Assembly (NCBI GenBank): GCA_965214705.1
Contig: OZ243972.1
Location: 2,784,001-2,848,000, forward strand
Source: Alphaproteobacteria bacterium
GTDB taxonomy: Bacteria; Pseudomonadota; Alphaproteobacteria; UBA828
Direction of reading: 5' to 3'
DNA length: 64,000 nucleotides
The notes beneath the pieces are model-generated. The model had not been told where the DNA came from. It saw only the letters and a list, made by a program, of their open reading frames with translations, and searched no databases. The stretch's first letter is position 1. Each line of letters begins with the position of its first letter. Shown here piece after piece: positions 40,167-51,229 of the stretch. Both the position numbers and the translations under genes were made by a program.

Positions 40167-42190
40167 GTGTGCTGGGCAGCGCCCAGATCAGGTGGGTTCA
40201 AGTCCCACTGGCGCTCGGGTAAGGGGCGCCATATCCAAAAGTGGGGGTAATTCCTCACTGGCCGGAGTGAGCCGATAAGCGAAACTCTAAACGGGCACGA
40301 AGCCGGAAACGGCGGAGACAGCCAAGGGAGGAGCTAAGTTGGTCCACTGTCGAAAGACAACCGGAAGGCAGGGTGTCCACCGCGAGGTGGAATCTGAAGG
40401 GCTTGCGGAGAAGTACCGGGCCGTAATCGAGGGGGCCACCCCATGATGAATCGGTCGGCCAAAGACGGGGCAAGGTCGAGCCGGCACTATGGCGGCGAAG
40501 GCGTTCTTACCCACCCGTCGCACCAAGGTGTTTGCGAGCGGCACGGTACGGAAGATCTGGACGTGACCCCAGGAGGGCTCGCCGCGTTCCCGGGTGGCAC
40601 CGGGATAACGGACCCTATAAGCCGAAAGGCGAAATGGGAAAGGATGCGCGGCGAGCAATCGGACAACCGAATAGTACCTGAAGCCCGGCGAAAGCCGGGT
40701 GACCGCGCGAGCGGCGGCCGTGTGGGCCGGGGAAGTCGGTTGGCAGAGGTGGTCGGCGAGAGACAGCGATGAGTGAGTAAGGACCATGACGCGGACAAGT
40801 TCCTTGAGCGAAAGACCCGGACATCATGGCCCGAGGAGACTCATCGACTGGATCAACCCGGCGGGTGACAGGAAGGTCCACTCACTGGTGGACAAGGTGT
40901 ACAAGCGGAAGAACCTTGAGGTGGCCTGGGAAAAGGTGAAGCGCAACCGGGGTGCCGGTGGCGTGGACGGAGAGGATTTAGCGGCGTTCGAGGCATCGCT
41001 GGATGCAAATCTCGATCGCCTGCACCGGGAGTTGCGGGACGGTGAGTATCACCCGCAGCCGGTTCTCCAATGCCTGATCCCCAAGGCGGGCCAGCCGGGG
41101 AAGTTCCGCCCGCTCGGCATCCCGACAATCTACGACCGGGTGTGCCAGCAGGCGCTGCTGAACCGGCTGGAACCGATCTTCGAGCCGGTGTTCGACGATG
41201 CCAACTACGGGTACCGGCAAGGAAGGTCTGCCCATGGAGCGTTACGCAAGATATGGAGGGAACTGGACGAGGGCAACGAGTGGGTTCTCGATGCGGATTT
41301 GAAAGACTTTTTCGGGTCCGTGGACCACGAAAAGCTCCTCGAACTCGTCAACCAGCGAGTCTCGGATGGCCGGGTATTAGGTCTGCTCAGGCAGATGCTC
41401 ACGGCCGGGGTGGTGGCCGACGGTAAGAGGCTGCCGACCGAACAGGGCACTCCGCAGGGCGGCATCGTTTCACCGCTGCTCAGCAATATCTTGCTGACCC
41501 CGTTCGATTGGGAAATGCGTCGTCGCGGCTATCGACTAACGCGATACGCCGATGATTGGCTGATCACGTGCCGCACACGCGGGGAAGCCCGCGCAGCACT
41601 GGAGACGGCCAGGCGGATTCTGGCAAAGCTGGGTGTGTCCCTCAACGCCGGGAAGACCCGCATTGTCCATGTCAGGCACGGGTTTGAGTTCCTCGGCTAC
41701 AAGATCAAGCAGGGCGAGCGGCCTCTCCGGCTGTCGTCCTCCAAGATCAAGAGCGGGGTTCGCGGGGGAGCGCGCTACGCGGTTCCGCGTGAGAAATCCA
41801 TCCGGCACTTCAAGGACCAGATTCGCCAGCGTACCCGGCGCAAGGCTCCTGTCAGCACGCAGGAGCTGATTGACGAGATCAACCCGATCATTCGGGGATG
41901 GGGCCAATACTATTGCAAGGCCCACGTCCGCGGGCTCTTCCACCAGCTTGACGGCTGGATCGTGCGGTGGCTCTGGTCGCATCGTCGCAAGCGCTGGCGC
42001 AACGCTGGCTGGAAACAGTTGCCGGAGCGCAAGCTGATCGACGAATACGGGCTTGTTCGCCTGATCTCACTGGTTCCGTCCTTGAACCTTCGTTGAGACA
42101 CCTTTGTGAAAGCGGCTTACGGGAAAACCGTACGGGCCGTTTGAGCGGCGGACGGAGGCTAGCCTCGCGGGGCGCCTCCTCCGACCCGAC
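40167..42190 (+). mobile_element. Group II intron, apparently complete
   Basis: 5' GTGTG; EBS1 ACTATGG (40486-40492) pairs with upstream exon TCGTAGT (40160-40166); domain V AAGCGGCTTACGGGAAAACCGTACGGGCCGTTT; domain VI ending CCGACCCGAC. Confidence 0.9.
40786..42096 (+). CDS. ltrA: Group II intron reverse transcriptase/maturase (no En domain)
   Basis: GAGGVDG, RPLGIPTIYDR, GTPQGGIVSPLLSNI, RYADD, FEFLGY, GWGQYY. Confidence 0.96.
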   Translation: MTRTSSLSERPGHHGPRRLIDWINPAGDRKVHSLVDKVYKRKNLEVAWEKVKRNRGAGGVDGEDLAAFEASLDANLDRLHRELRDGEYHPQPVLQCLIPKAGQPGKFRPLGIPTIYDRVCQQALLNRLEPIFEPVFDDANYGYRQGRSAHGALRKIWRELDEGNEWVLDADLKDFFGSVDHEKLLELVNQRVSDGRVLGLLRQMLTAGVVADGKRLPTEQGTPQGGIVSPLLSNILLTPFDWEMRRRGYRLTRYADDWLITCRTRGEARAALETARRILAKLGVSLNAGKTRIVHVRHGFEFLGYKIKQGERPLRLSSSKIKSGVRGGARYAVPREKSIRHFKDQIRQRTRRKAPVSTQELIDEINPIIRGWGQYYCKAHVRGLFHQLDGWIVRWLWSHRRKRWRNAGWKQLPERKLIDEYGLVRLISLVPSLNLR

Positions 42191-42516
42191 ACCCCGCCAC
42201 CTCAGCCTCTCGGCACGGCATTCGTCGAAGCGCTTGACGGCGGCAAGCGCACCGAACTGCTGTTCGTTGCCGACCGGCACGGCCATACGGCCGGAATGCA
42301 CAGGCTATTCGCGATCCGGAGGATATCGTGAGCCCGGAGCATCAGCGCCACTGACAGGACGGAGGTCCCACTCTTTCAATGACACAATCAAGTTAACCGT
42401 GCATGAGATCCTCTCGAGTAACTTGCCGCGACAATGCCGACGCGTGCGGGGGTGCCCGCTATGAGGCGACTCGAAGACCGGCGCTACGGTGCCGTTCTGA
42501 CCAATCCTCATAAGGA

Positions 42517-44018
42517 GAGCCACTTGCAAAATTCCGCATTTGAGCGGGATTTTGCCGCCGTGGCGGTCAGATTGTCCTGGAAATCGGGACCGCTCTCTGT
42601 TCCTGTCGGGTTTCGGACAACGTCGACGGAGAGGGCGGCCCCATGTCGCTGGGACAGACACTATCCGGATTCTGGCATCACATTCAAGCGGATCTTTTCC
42701 CGTGGCTTGAGGAGGAGCTCGGGCCGCTCGGCGAGAGGTACCGGCGCTTCGTCACCGTGCTTGAGCTTGCGCGGGTCGAGAGCTTCCTTCCCCATTTCCA
42801 TGGCCTGCCCGGTCGGCCGGTCGAGGATCGGGCGGCCTTGGCCCGCGCCTTCATCGCCAAGGCGGTGTTCGACGTACCCACGACGCGCGCCCTGATCGAG
42901 CGCCTTGAGAACGACAAGACGCTACGCCGTCTCTGCGGCTGGACCTATGCCGCAGAGATCCCGAGCGAGGCGACGTTTTCGCGGGCGTTTGCGGAGTTCT
43001 CCGAGAGTGCGTTGCCCGCTCGCGTGCATGAGGCGCTGATCAAGCAGACCCTCGGAGACCATCTGGTCGGGCACGTCTCGCGCGACTCGACGGCGATCGA
43101 GGCGCGCGAGAAGCCTCAGCCCAAGCCCAAGGCGGAGAAGCCGAAGCGCAAGCGCGGCCGCCCGCGCAAGGGCGAGGAGCGGCCCAAGGAGGAGCGCCGC
43201 GTGAAACGCCAGCTCACGATGAGCTTGCCCCAGATGCTCGACGACCTGCCGAAAGCCTGCGACGTCGGCACCAAGCGCAACGCCAGGGGCCATACCACAT
43301 CGTGGATCGGTTACAAGCTGCACATCGACGCCGCCGATGGCGGCATTCCGATCAGTTGCATCCTGACGTCCGCCTCGCTGCACGACAGCCAGGCCGCGAT
43401 CCCGCTGGCGAGTATGACCGCCGACCGCGTCACCAATCTGTACGACCTCATGGACTCAGCCTATGACGCGCCCGAGATCGGCTGGCACAGCTACCTGCTG
43501 GGCCACGTCCCGATCATCGACGTCAACCCTCGCGACAAGGAGTACAAGGAGGAGCTGGCGCGCGAGGCCAGGGCGCAGAGAGGCGTCGGTCACCGCCACC
43601 CGGCGGACGAGCGCTACAACGAGCGCTCGAACATCGAGCGCATCAACGGTGGGCTGAAGGACAACTGCGGGGGCCGCCATGTCCGCGTGCGCGGCCATGC
43701 CAAGGTTCATTGCCACCTGATGTTCGGCATCCTGGTGCTGACGGTCGACCAGCTGATGCGCCTCCTGGCCTGAGCGGCGCCTCCGTCGCTGTCACGCCGG
43801 CACGCCTCCCTCCGCGGAGGCGCAAAAAGCCATGTCCGCATCGCGACGGCGGGTCCAAAATGCGCCCGCATGGGCATCGGTTTGCGGCGAATCGGCGCCC
43901 CGGCGGCAGCCAGCGACGTCCGCTCGTCCCGAAGTTCATGTTACGTTCCGACCGTCAATGTCCTCACGCCGGGCTCTCGGGAAAAGCAGACCGCGCCTGG
44001 GAGTTTTGCAAGTGGCTC
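42517..44018 (+). mobile_element. IS element copy 2 (IS5/IS1182-related DDE), 1502 bp
   Basis: Same 15-bp IR as copy 1; 4-bp target duplication AGGA at 42513-42516 and 44019-44022. Confidence 0.93.
42643..43773 (+). CDS. DDE transposase, protein identical to 10398-11528
   Basis: Identical 376-aa translation. Confidence 0.93.
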   Translation: MSLGQTLSGFWHHIQADLFPWLEEELGPLGERYRRFVTVLELARVESFLPHFHGLPGRPVEDRAALARAFIAKAVFDVPTTRALIERLENDKTLRRLCGWTYAAEIPSEATFSRAFAEFSESALPARVHEALIKQTLGDHLVGHVSRDSTAIEAREKPQPKPKAEKPKRKRGRPRKGEERPKEERRVKRQLTMSLPQMLDDLPKACDVGTKRNARGHTTSWIGYKLHIDAADGGIPISCILTSASLHDSQAAIPLASMTADRVTNLYDLMDSAYDAPEIGWHSYLLGHVPIIDVNPRDKEYKEELAREARAQRGVGHRHPADERYNERSNIERINGGLKDNCGGRHVRVRGHAKVHCHLMFGILVLTVDQLMRLLA

Positions 44019-44124
44019 AGGAGACACGATATGTCCTCATTGAACGAGGCCGCTGCGCCGGCCGAGGCGGAGCAACGAGCTGTGGTCTATGGGGTTCCGC
44101 GATGCCGGTCAGGGGGACAAGTCG

Positions 44125-45485
44125 TTGACGTATTATGCTCATAGTGACGATAGCAAGGATCGGGAAGAATGGCATCGGTTGTCCGAACACCTTGAGGATA
44201 CAGGGGCAAGGGCGGATCGCTTTCTCGAATCTGTCGGATGCGGGGACCTCGCCAGGGCTGCGGGGCTGTTGCACGACATAGGCAAGTACAGCCGGGAATT
44301 TCAGGCGCGATTGGACGGCGGGCCGCGCTGTGATCATTCAACCGCGGGTGCGAAGCTTGCCATCGAGAGGTATGGCGATGGTGACGCCGGCAAGGGCTCA
44401 CTAGGTAAAATGCTGGCCTACGTCATCGCGGGTCATCACGCGGGTTTGGCTGACGGTGTAGGCGGAGACGGCCCCCGGCCACTTGCGGACAGATTGAATA
44501 CGCCGGTACCGAGGCTAGACCCGGTATGGGAGCGGGAAATCACGCTCCCAAGCCTCTCTCCTCCCCGCTTGAAGCCGGGTCATATTGAGATGGCAGGCTT
44601 TTGTGCAGCGCTCGCAACACGCATGATCTTCTCTGCATTGGTAGACGCGGACTATCTCGATACCGAAGCGTGGTACGAACGGAGCGAAGGCCGACCCATC
44701 GCGCGGGGACGCCATCCTTCGCTTCCCGAGCTTTCGGTGCGCCTGAGTGCCTATCTCGAAGGGCTGATGTCAGACGCACCGAACACGCAGGTGAACAGCG
44801 TGCGCCGGGAGGTGCTGACCTATGCGCGCGACAAGGCGACGGAGCAGCCTGGACTATTCAGCCTCACCGTACCCACGGGCGGCGGAAAGACACTTTCTTC
44901 TCTGGCTTTTGCCCTAGAGCACGCCGTGAACCACGGTCTAGCGCGCGTGATCTACGTGATTCCCTATACCAGCATCATCGAACAGACCGCGCGGGTGTTC
45001 CGCCAGGCGCTAGGTGGAACTGGGGACGACGTGTCGGACTTCATCATCGAGCATCACAGCGCCTTCGACGAAGAGCGCATCAGAGAACGGGAAGCGAAGG
45101 ACAAACTGCGGCTGGCCATGGAGAACTGGGACGCGCCGATCATTGTCACTACCGCAGTGCAGTTTTTCGAAAGTCTCTTCGCCAACCGTCCGTCACGCTG
45201 TCGCAAGCTGCACAACATCGCGCGCAGCGTCGTTATTCTCGACGAGGCGCAGACATTGCCATTGGGGCTGTTGCGGCCTTGCGTGGCCGCGCTCGACGAG
45301 TTGGCACGAAACTGGCGAACCAGCGTCGTACTATGCACCGCTACACAGCCCGCGCTCAACTCAGCGGACGGTTTCTCTGGTGGTCTGGAGGGACTGCGCG
45401 AGATCGCGCCGAACCCGGCGGGCCTGCATCGAATCCTAAAGCGCGTCCGAATATGTCGGGAGAGAGAAAAATTGGCGGATGCCCA
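44125..45485 (+). pseudogene. cas3: Cas3 (HD + helicase N-half), truncated by ISKra4
   Basis: YYAHS, LHDIGK, DHSTAG, GHHAGL, LVDADYLDT, PTGGGKT, LDEAQ, CTATQP; similarity stops at the IS end at 45486. Confidence 0.93.
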
Positions 45486-45554
45486 GGGTGTGATTCTCGT
45501 ATGGCGATATGCCAGTCGTGATGGCGCTAAAGGATATGGGCTGGTTCATTTTGG

Positions 45555-46168
45555 TCAAGCAGCGAGTGCCAGGACTTCGGTTGGGCTGATGTTGTCGTTA
45601 GCTGGTCCGGATCGGGCGTCCATGAGCGCATCCCATGCCCGGTCGAAGAGGCCGGATTTGATCAGGGCGCGGAAGGTCAGAACCGCCTGCCCGCCGTCGA
45701 TCCGCCAGCGCATGCCCGAGCGTTTCAAGCGCTGCGCGACGAGGGTCTTGCAGGCCGCCTCGACCACACCCGAGCCGATGGCGATGCCCTCTTCCTTCAG
45801 GGCGTGGTAGCGCATCCGATGGCGGTGCTTTCGGAAGAAGGCCAGCTCGCGCTCGATCTCGGCCGGGTCCCCCTTTGCCCTGTCCAGGAGGTAGCGCAGT
45901 GCCCGGATCACCTTGTCGACGCCGCGGGGGTCGTGGCGCAGGATTTCGCGGTGCTTCTCGAACCAGTGGCGCGCCACCGCATGGTCAGAGGCCACGCGGA
46001 GATGCTCGCAAGCGTGCCAGAAGTCGATGACCTCGGTCTCGGGCGAGAGGCTTTCGAGGAAGGTCCAGTTGTCGGCGGCCCCGTCGGCGACGGCGCCGAT
46101 CCTGATCTTCGGGCTCACACGGCGGATATGGGCGACCTCGCTTGCAAGTTGCGCTTTCAGCGCGGCCT
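45555..46168 (-). pseudogene. ISKra4 transposase C-terminal part
   Basis: ADGAADNW, DFWHACEHL, IGSGVVEAACK, RLKRSGMRW. Confidence 0.88.
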
Positions 46169-46349
46169 TGTTGGCGATCACGCAAAAGCGCGCGTATTCG
46201 CTCATTTTGACAGCCTGATGTGGTGGAGCGTTGATCGGCGTGGCGCCGATCTGCAGTGCTGAGCGCGGTCCGGCTTGTGGTGTTGGTCGTCGTGATCGCG
46301 GTGGTGCGAGAGCGGCCCTGCAGGTTTGGCTGAGGGACCCTGTTGTTTT

Positions 46350-47270
46350 TCAGTCGATGAGCCGATCGTCGGTCTCGAGCATATTGCCTTCGAGGTCACG
46401 CCTGCGCATGTCGTTCCAGTCGTCACCGTCGAGGGCGGGCCGCACGCGGACGACCCTGCTGTCGCTTCGGAACAGCCGCTCGGCGGCGTCATCGCCGCCA
46501 GGGGTAGCGTCGTAGGCACAGAAGATGCGGCGGGGGTTCCAGTCCTCGATCCACGCGGGGAGGCTTGGAGTGACGGCGGCGATGGAGACCACGGCACATT
46601 CCCTGAGTTCGGCGGGCATGAGCTGGAGGGAGAGGGCGGACAGGGCGTCGATGGCGCTCTTTGCGATGAGCACGGAGTGCGGCCAGTCGAGCTCCCACGA
46701 TATCCAGAAGCCCCCGCGGGCGAGCGGGGATGGGGCAGCTTCGCCGGCGCCGGCAGCCGCTCCGCACCGGCCGCCGGTGGGGACGATCTCGGCGCCGGTC
46801 GCGACCCCTGCGGCGTCTCGACAGACGAACACGGCATTGGCGTTGCGGTCGGCGTGGACCAGGCGGAGGTCGCGGCACAGGGTGAGGAGCACGGGCGAGA
46901 GACCGCGCTCGTCGACGAGGTGGCGTTCCACTGCGGGCCAGTGCCGCTCCTGCGGATGCGGCAGCCGTGGGCAGGGGCACTGCGGGGGGCGCCGGGAAAG
47001 GCCCGGCAGTTTCGCGAGGAAGGCCAGGGCGTCGGGCACGGTGCAGCGTTGGGCATGGACCACCAGGTCGACGGCCCCGGCGCCGCCCTCGCCGCGCAGA
47101 TGGTCGTAGAACATGAAGCGGTTGATGGTGACGACCGATCCAAGACGCCTCCAGCGATCGGCGTCGTCGGGATCGCGGCGGTAGCCGAGGGCGCGGGCGA
47201 CGTCTTCGAGGGGACAGCCGCGCAGCCCCTCTGCCCGCAGCCGCCGCTCCCATGGGCGTAGCTGGCGCAC
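46350..47270 (-). CDS. DUF3991/Toprim-like protein carried inside the IS21
   Basis: [15 protein letters not shown]-like segment, [25 protein letters not shown]. Confidence 0.72.
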   Translation of the reverse strand: MRQLRPWERRLRAEGLRGCPLEDVARALGYRRDPDDADRWRRLGSVVTINRFMFYDHLRGEGGAGAVDLVVHAQRCTVPDALAFLAKLPGLSRRPPQCPCPRLPHPQERHWPAVERHLVDERGLSPVLLTLCRDLRLVHADRNANAVFVCRDAAGVATGAEIVPTGGRCGAAAGAGEAAPSPLARGGFWISWELDWPHSVLIAKSAIDALSALSLQLMPAELRECAVVSIAAVTPSLPAWIEDWNPRRIFCAYDATPGGDDAAERLFRSDSRVVRVRPALDGDDWNDMRRRDLEGNMLETDDRLID

Positions 47271-47282
47271 GGCTGCGCCGCC

Positions 47283-48077
47283 TCAGTCGTCCCCGGTGTC
47301 CTGCGGGTCGCCGGATCGCCGGCGCCCTTTCTCCTGGCGCCGGCGGCGGCGCTCTGTGCTGCGCTGCTTCTGGCGCTCCTCGGCCTCCTTGCGGCGGTAT
47401 GAATCGCCGTCGATGGCGATGATCTCGGCGTTGTGGACGAGGCGGTCGACCAGGGCCACGACGCAGGCGGCGTTGGGGAAGGCCTCGCCCCACTCGGCGA
47501 ACGGCCGGTTGGTCGTGATAATCGTGGAGTTCTGCTGGGTGCGGCTTGAGACGATGCTGAACAGCAGGTCGGCGTGGCGGTTGCTGTAGGAGAGGTATCC
47601 CACCTCGTCGATCACCAGCAGTTGCTGGCGGGCGTAGAAGCGCAGCTTTCGCTGGAGCAGGGTGTCGGAGTCGATGGCGGCGAGCTCGCCGAGCATGCTG
47701 GCAGCGGTGGCGAAGCGCACGGTATGGCCCTCGAGGACGGCGCGGTGGGCGATATTGGCGGCGATCGTCGATTTGCCGACGCCGTTGGGGCCGACCAGGA
47801 CGACGTTGGCGGCCTCCTTGAGGAAGTCGAGGCCCATGAGGTCCTCGACGGCCATGCGGTCGCAGCGGCGGGGCCAGTCCCAGTTGAAGTCGGCGAGCGG
47901 CTTGAAGTCACCGAGCCGGGCATCGGCGAGGCGGCGCTTGAGGCTTCGGGCGCGTCTCTCGTCTTCTTCCCAGGCGATGAGCGTGGTCAGCCAGTCGCAC
48001 TCGCCGACCTCGTCCCAGTGTGCGATGAGGCCGTGCAGGCCGAGGGCACGGGCCCGGTCCTTGAGGGTGTCGGTCAT
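47283..48077 (-). CDS. istB: IS21 helper ATPase
   Basis: [38 protein letters not shown]; ATGA overlap with istA. Confidence 0.95.
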   Translation of the reverse strand: MTDTLKDRARALGLHGLIAHWDEVGECDWLTTLIAWEEDERRARSLKRRLADARLGDFKPLADFNWDWPRRCDRMAVEDLMGLDFLKEAANVVLVGPNGVGKSTIAANIAHRAVLEGHTVRFATAASMLGELAAIDSDTLLQRKLRFYARQQLLVIDEVGYLSYSNRHADLLFSIVSSRTQQNSTIITTNRPFAEWGEAFPNAACVVALVDRLVHNAEIIAIDGDSYRRKEAEERQKQRSTERRRRRQEKGRRRSGDPQDTGDD

Positions 48078-49579
48078 TCTTCGCTGTCCTCCTCCTCGCC
48101 CTCGCCCGCCAGCCCGTCGTAATCCGTCAGGTCGTGGTCGCGGACGGCGATGTCGCGGACCTTCGGATCGTCGGGCAGATCGACCGGGATGGGCGGCGGC
48201 TTGTCCTGCTGTTCGCGGCGCCTCGTCAGGCTCAGGCGCACGGCGTTGGGATGGGGGACGCCGCGCTTGAGCGCCTCGTCGATGCCGGCCTCGAGCTCGG
48301 CGGCGCCATACTCGTCGAGGAGGCGCAAGAGGGCGGCGACGATGGAGCCGAGATGGCCGCCGCGTTTGGCGGCCTCGTCGAGCAGGCGCTCGCTGTTCGG
48401 CGCAGCCTTGATCAGACGATCCTGCCCGCGAAGGCGCCGGGCGTGACGCTTTTTCTTGGCCAACTCGGCGATGTGCTCGGGGATCTCGATGCAGGCGCCC
48501 TTGTCGAAGCTGCGCGGATGGGTGGCAATGACGTCCGTGCCGTCGAGGATGCGGACCTCGTCCAGCGTCGCGATCACGACAAGGGTGTGCCGCGCATGGG
48601 TGTGGGGGACGCTGTAGTCGTTGAGATCGAACCGGGCGTAAGGCGTCTTGCCGATGACGACCTCGACCCGTTCGTCGACGGGGAAGCGGTCGCCGGGCAA
48701 GGCCATGAGAGAGCTGCGTTCCTTCTCGAAGGCCTCGCGCACGGTGATGGAGCGATCCTCGGGCCAGGGGCGGTCGGCGGCGATGCCCTCGCACCAGGCC
48801 TCGGCCTGGGCGTTGAGGTCGTCGATGTCGCGCCACTCCCGGGCGGCGAAGAAGCTGGCGCGTACATAGCGTATGGCCCGCTCGACGCGCCCTTTTTCGT
48901 TGCCGCGCGCGATCGCGACAGGCCGTGCCAGCACGCGGTAGTGGGCGGCGAAGTCGAGGTACCGGGGATTGAAGTGGACAGCGCTCCCGCGGCGCTCGAG
49001 CACGACGCTCTTCAGGTTGTCGCACCAGATCTCGCGCGGCACCCCCTGCCAGGCCTCGAAGGCGTCGATATGGCCGCGCAGGAAGTTGTTCATCCCTGCG
49101 CCCAGGTAGAAGCGCAGGAAGATGCGGCGCGAGTAGCTGAGCACCATCACGAAGCCCATCAACGGGCGCTCCGCGCGCCCGATCCTGACCTTGCCGAAGT
49201 GGGCCCAATCGACCTGGGCCTGCTCGCCGGGAAGGGTCTTCAGCCGCAGATAGGCCTCGGCTTCAGGCTTCGGCCGCAGGGAGGCGATCACACGACGGAA
49301 GTGGCTCTGGCTCCCCCGGTAGCCGCGCCCGCACACCATCTCGTAGAGCCGGCTGGCCGGCAGCGTCGGGTATTTCTTCAGTGTCTGGCGGATGAAGGGG
49401 ATGAAGGGATCGAGCTTCGAGGGCCGCGGCTTGTGCTGCCGAGGCTCCTCGGCGTCCCTGATCGCGCGCCGCACGGTGCCGTGATGGACGCCGAGCTGAC
49501 GCGCGATCGTGCCGATCTTCCACTTCTCGGCGTGATACAGCCGCAGGATCTCCGCTCTCGTCTCCTTGTCTGTGGTCAT
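48074..49579 (-). CDS. istA: IS21 transposase
   Basis: HTH IARQLGVH, PGEQAQVDW, DNLKS, KGRVER. Confidence 0.95.
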   Translation of the reverse strand: MTTDKETRAEILRLYHAEKWKIGTIARQLGVHHGTVRRAIRDAEEPRQHKPRPSKLDPFIPFIRQTLKKYPTLPASRLYEMVCGRGYRGSQSHFRRVIASLRPKPEAEAYLRLKTLPGEQAQVDWAHFGKVRIGRAERPLMGFVMVLSYSRRIFLRFYLGAGMNNFLRGHIDAFEAWQGVPREIWCDNLKSVVLERRGSAVHFNPRYLDFAAHYRVLARPVAIARGNEKGRVERAIRYVRASFFAAREWRDIDDLNAQAEAWCEGIAADRPWPEDRSITVREAFEKERSSLMALPGDRFPVDERVEVVIGKTPYARFDLNDYSVPHTHARHTLVVIATLDEVRILDGTDVIATHPRSFDKGACIEIPEHIAELAKKKRHARRLRGQDRLIKAAPNSERLLDEAAKRGGHLGSIVAALLRLLDEYGAAELEAGIDEALKRGVPHPNAVRLSLTRRREQQDKPPPIPVDLPDDPKVRDIAVRDHDLTDYDGLAGEGEEEDSEE

Positions 49580-49580
49580 C

Positions 49581-50027
49581 TCACCCCTCTCGTGCCGGGT
49601 GGCGCACCGTGCGCAGGCCCGGATGAACGAACACCGCGCAGAAGCGGCCGCAGATGCTGCAGCGGAAGCCCCCGGCGGGCTCCTCGTCCCCGAAGGGGCG
49701 TGTTCCGCGGCGCGTCCCTGGCGTCCGTGGCACGACAACACGGCGGTGCGCGCGCGTCGAAGGGTGATGCGTCACTTTCCGCCCGCAGCCCTCATCCTGA
49801 AGCGCCCTGCAGCGCTGCCGGTCCCGATAGCGTCTCTGGCGCTCCGCGTGCTTGCGGCGCCCCGGGCGCCCGTCCTGGTAGCGCCGCCCGGCGAGACGCT
49901 GCGACTCTCGGCGCGCGCTCTCGCTGCACTCCCTGGAGCAGTAGTGATTGCCGCGGTCGCAGCGGGGGCAGAGAACAACCTGCCGATGACACTGCGGGCA
50001 GTTGAAGATGCGGCCGAAGTTCCTCAT
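49581..50027 (-). CDS. Cys/Arg-rich protein upstream of istA
   Basis: CPQC..CPRCDRG..YCS..C and CSIC; ends 2 bp before the istA start. Confidence 0.7.
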   Translation of the reverse strand: MRNFGRIFNCPQCHRQVVLCPRCDRGNHYCSRECSESARRESQRLAGRRYQDGRPGRRKHAERQRRYRDRQRCRALQDEGCGRKVTHHPSTRAHRRVVVPRTPGTRRGTRPFGDEEPAGGFRCSICGRFCAVFVHPGLRTVRHPAREG

Positions 50028-50451
50028 CGCGGCGGTCGATGAGAACGGGCTCGACCCCCGCAGAATCCAGCACAATACTGTGCATCTGGGCCGTGTCTGG
50101 CATGGCTCGGGGGTGCGGCGTCGGCTGTTGCGATCAGGCAAACGGGGCCGGCGCCGCATCGTTCTCAGCGGCCCGAGTCTACCCCCGGCGATCTCGATGT
50201 CAGGTGCGCAACGCTGCCGACGGCAAGCCCGCCGGACCTCAAAATCGGCAGGTCGCCTGGCCCAGCTTCCACACGACCGGCCGAAGGCCTGTGGACAAGT
50301 GGACAGCCGCTCCGCGCCTGACCACTTCCCCACAGGCCCAACAGCAACAAGCGCTCAAATCAGTGCGGACAAAAAACCCGTCAACTACATCGCCACCAAA
50401 ATCACGCGCCCTAAATGAGCGAATACGCGCGGGTCTAGACGGTCACCAACA

Positions 50452-51229
50452 CGGCCTTGCCGCTCTCGGGCATACGGCCGAGATAGAGGGTCTTCAGCCG
50501 TTGGCCCTCGGCGTCGTGGAAGGAGACCGTGCCGCAAGAGGCCTCGCGCCAGCACGCCTCGGCACGGCCGTCCTCGCCGGCCCGCAGCGCCACCATGACG
50601 CCGTCAAGGGAGACGGACGCGGTGACCGCATCGGGCGGTATGCCCTGGGTTTCACGGATGCTGGCCAGCGTCTCCGGGGCGACGCTCTCCCAGTGCTCAT
50701 GCATGCTCAGGGCCAGGCGCTGCAGCGTGCTCACCGACGGCGTCATTCCGCCCATTTTCGCGAAGAACTCCTCCGCTTCACGCGGCGTACAGTGGCCCAT
50801 CATCATCAGCCCGAGCTGCGCCGCCGGCCGCGTCAGGTAGTCGTCGATGAGGCCCAGGCTCTCGTCCACCGGCACCAGCGACGTGCTGCTCGCGCCGCTG
50901 CGATAGCGCGCACGCCGATAGGTCACGGGACCGAGCGTCGTCATGATCGTCTTCGGCGTCGCCGCCACCCGGACCCAGCTCTGTCCGTCGCGCTCGATCC
51001 GGCTCGCACCGTCGTCGCGGCTCTCGGCGAAGGCCCCAAGGAGCTTGCAACCCAAGCCGTTCATGGCGTCCCGCAGCCCCGTCTCAACCGTTTCGAACGT
51101 CTCGGCAGACGGGTCAGACCCAGCCTGTTCGCGACAGAACTCCACCACCTGGGCGACCGCTTCGGCGACTTCGGCAGGCAGGCCCAAAAGGTCGATGGAC
51201 GAGGCGATGAGAGACTGCGACACTGGCAT
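50452..51229 (-). pseudogene. ISKra4 transposase N-terminal part
   Basis: TTLGPVTYRRARY, SLDGVMV, WREASCGT; rejoins the C-part as MPESGKAALKAQL. Confidence 0.88.

Larger units (their letters stand above)
46169..50451 (-). mobile_element. IS21-family element with passenger genes, 4283 bp
   Basis: TGTTGG...CCAACA ends, shared subterminal CGCGCGTATTCGCTCATTT, 6-bp duplication CGGCCT at 46163-46168 and 50452-50457. Confidence 0.92.

Noticed and set aside
44031-44144. 37-aa ORF with AGGAG RBS just upstream of cas3 (possible anti-CRISPR or leader peptide)
   Set aside because: No recognisable motif, it overlaps the cas3 start, and it is too short to support without homologues.
40786-45485. Reverse transcriptase near cas3 as a CRISPR-associated RT system
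   Set aside because: The RT lies inside a complete group II intron (5' end, EBS1, DV, DVI) and has no Cas1/Cas6 fusion; the proximity looks incidental.
44089-45810. 573-aa ORF as a compact Cas3 variant
   Set aside because: The last ~108 residues are read-through into the antisense strand of ISKra4; the helicase C-terminal motifs are missing.
47283-49208. 641-aa extended IstB
   Set aside because: The upstream part overlaps istA out of frame; the true start is the ATGA overlap at 48077.
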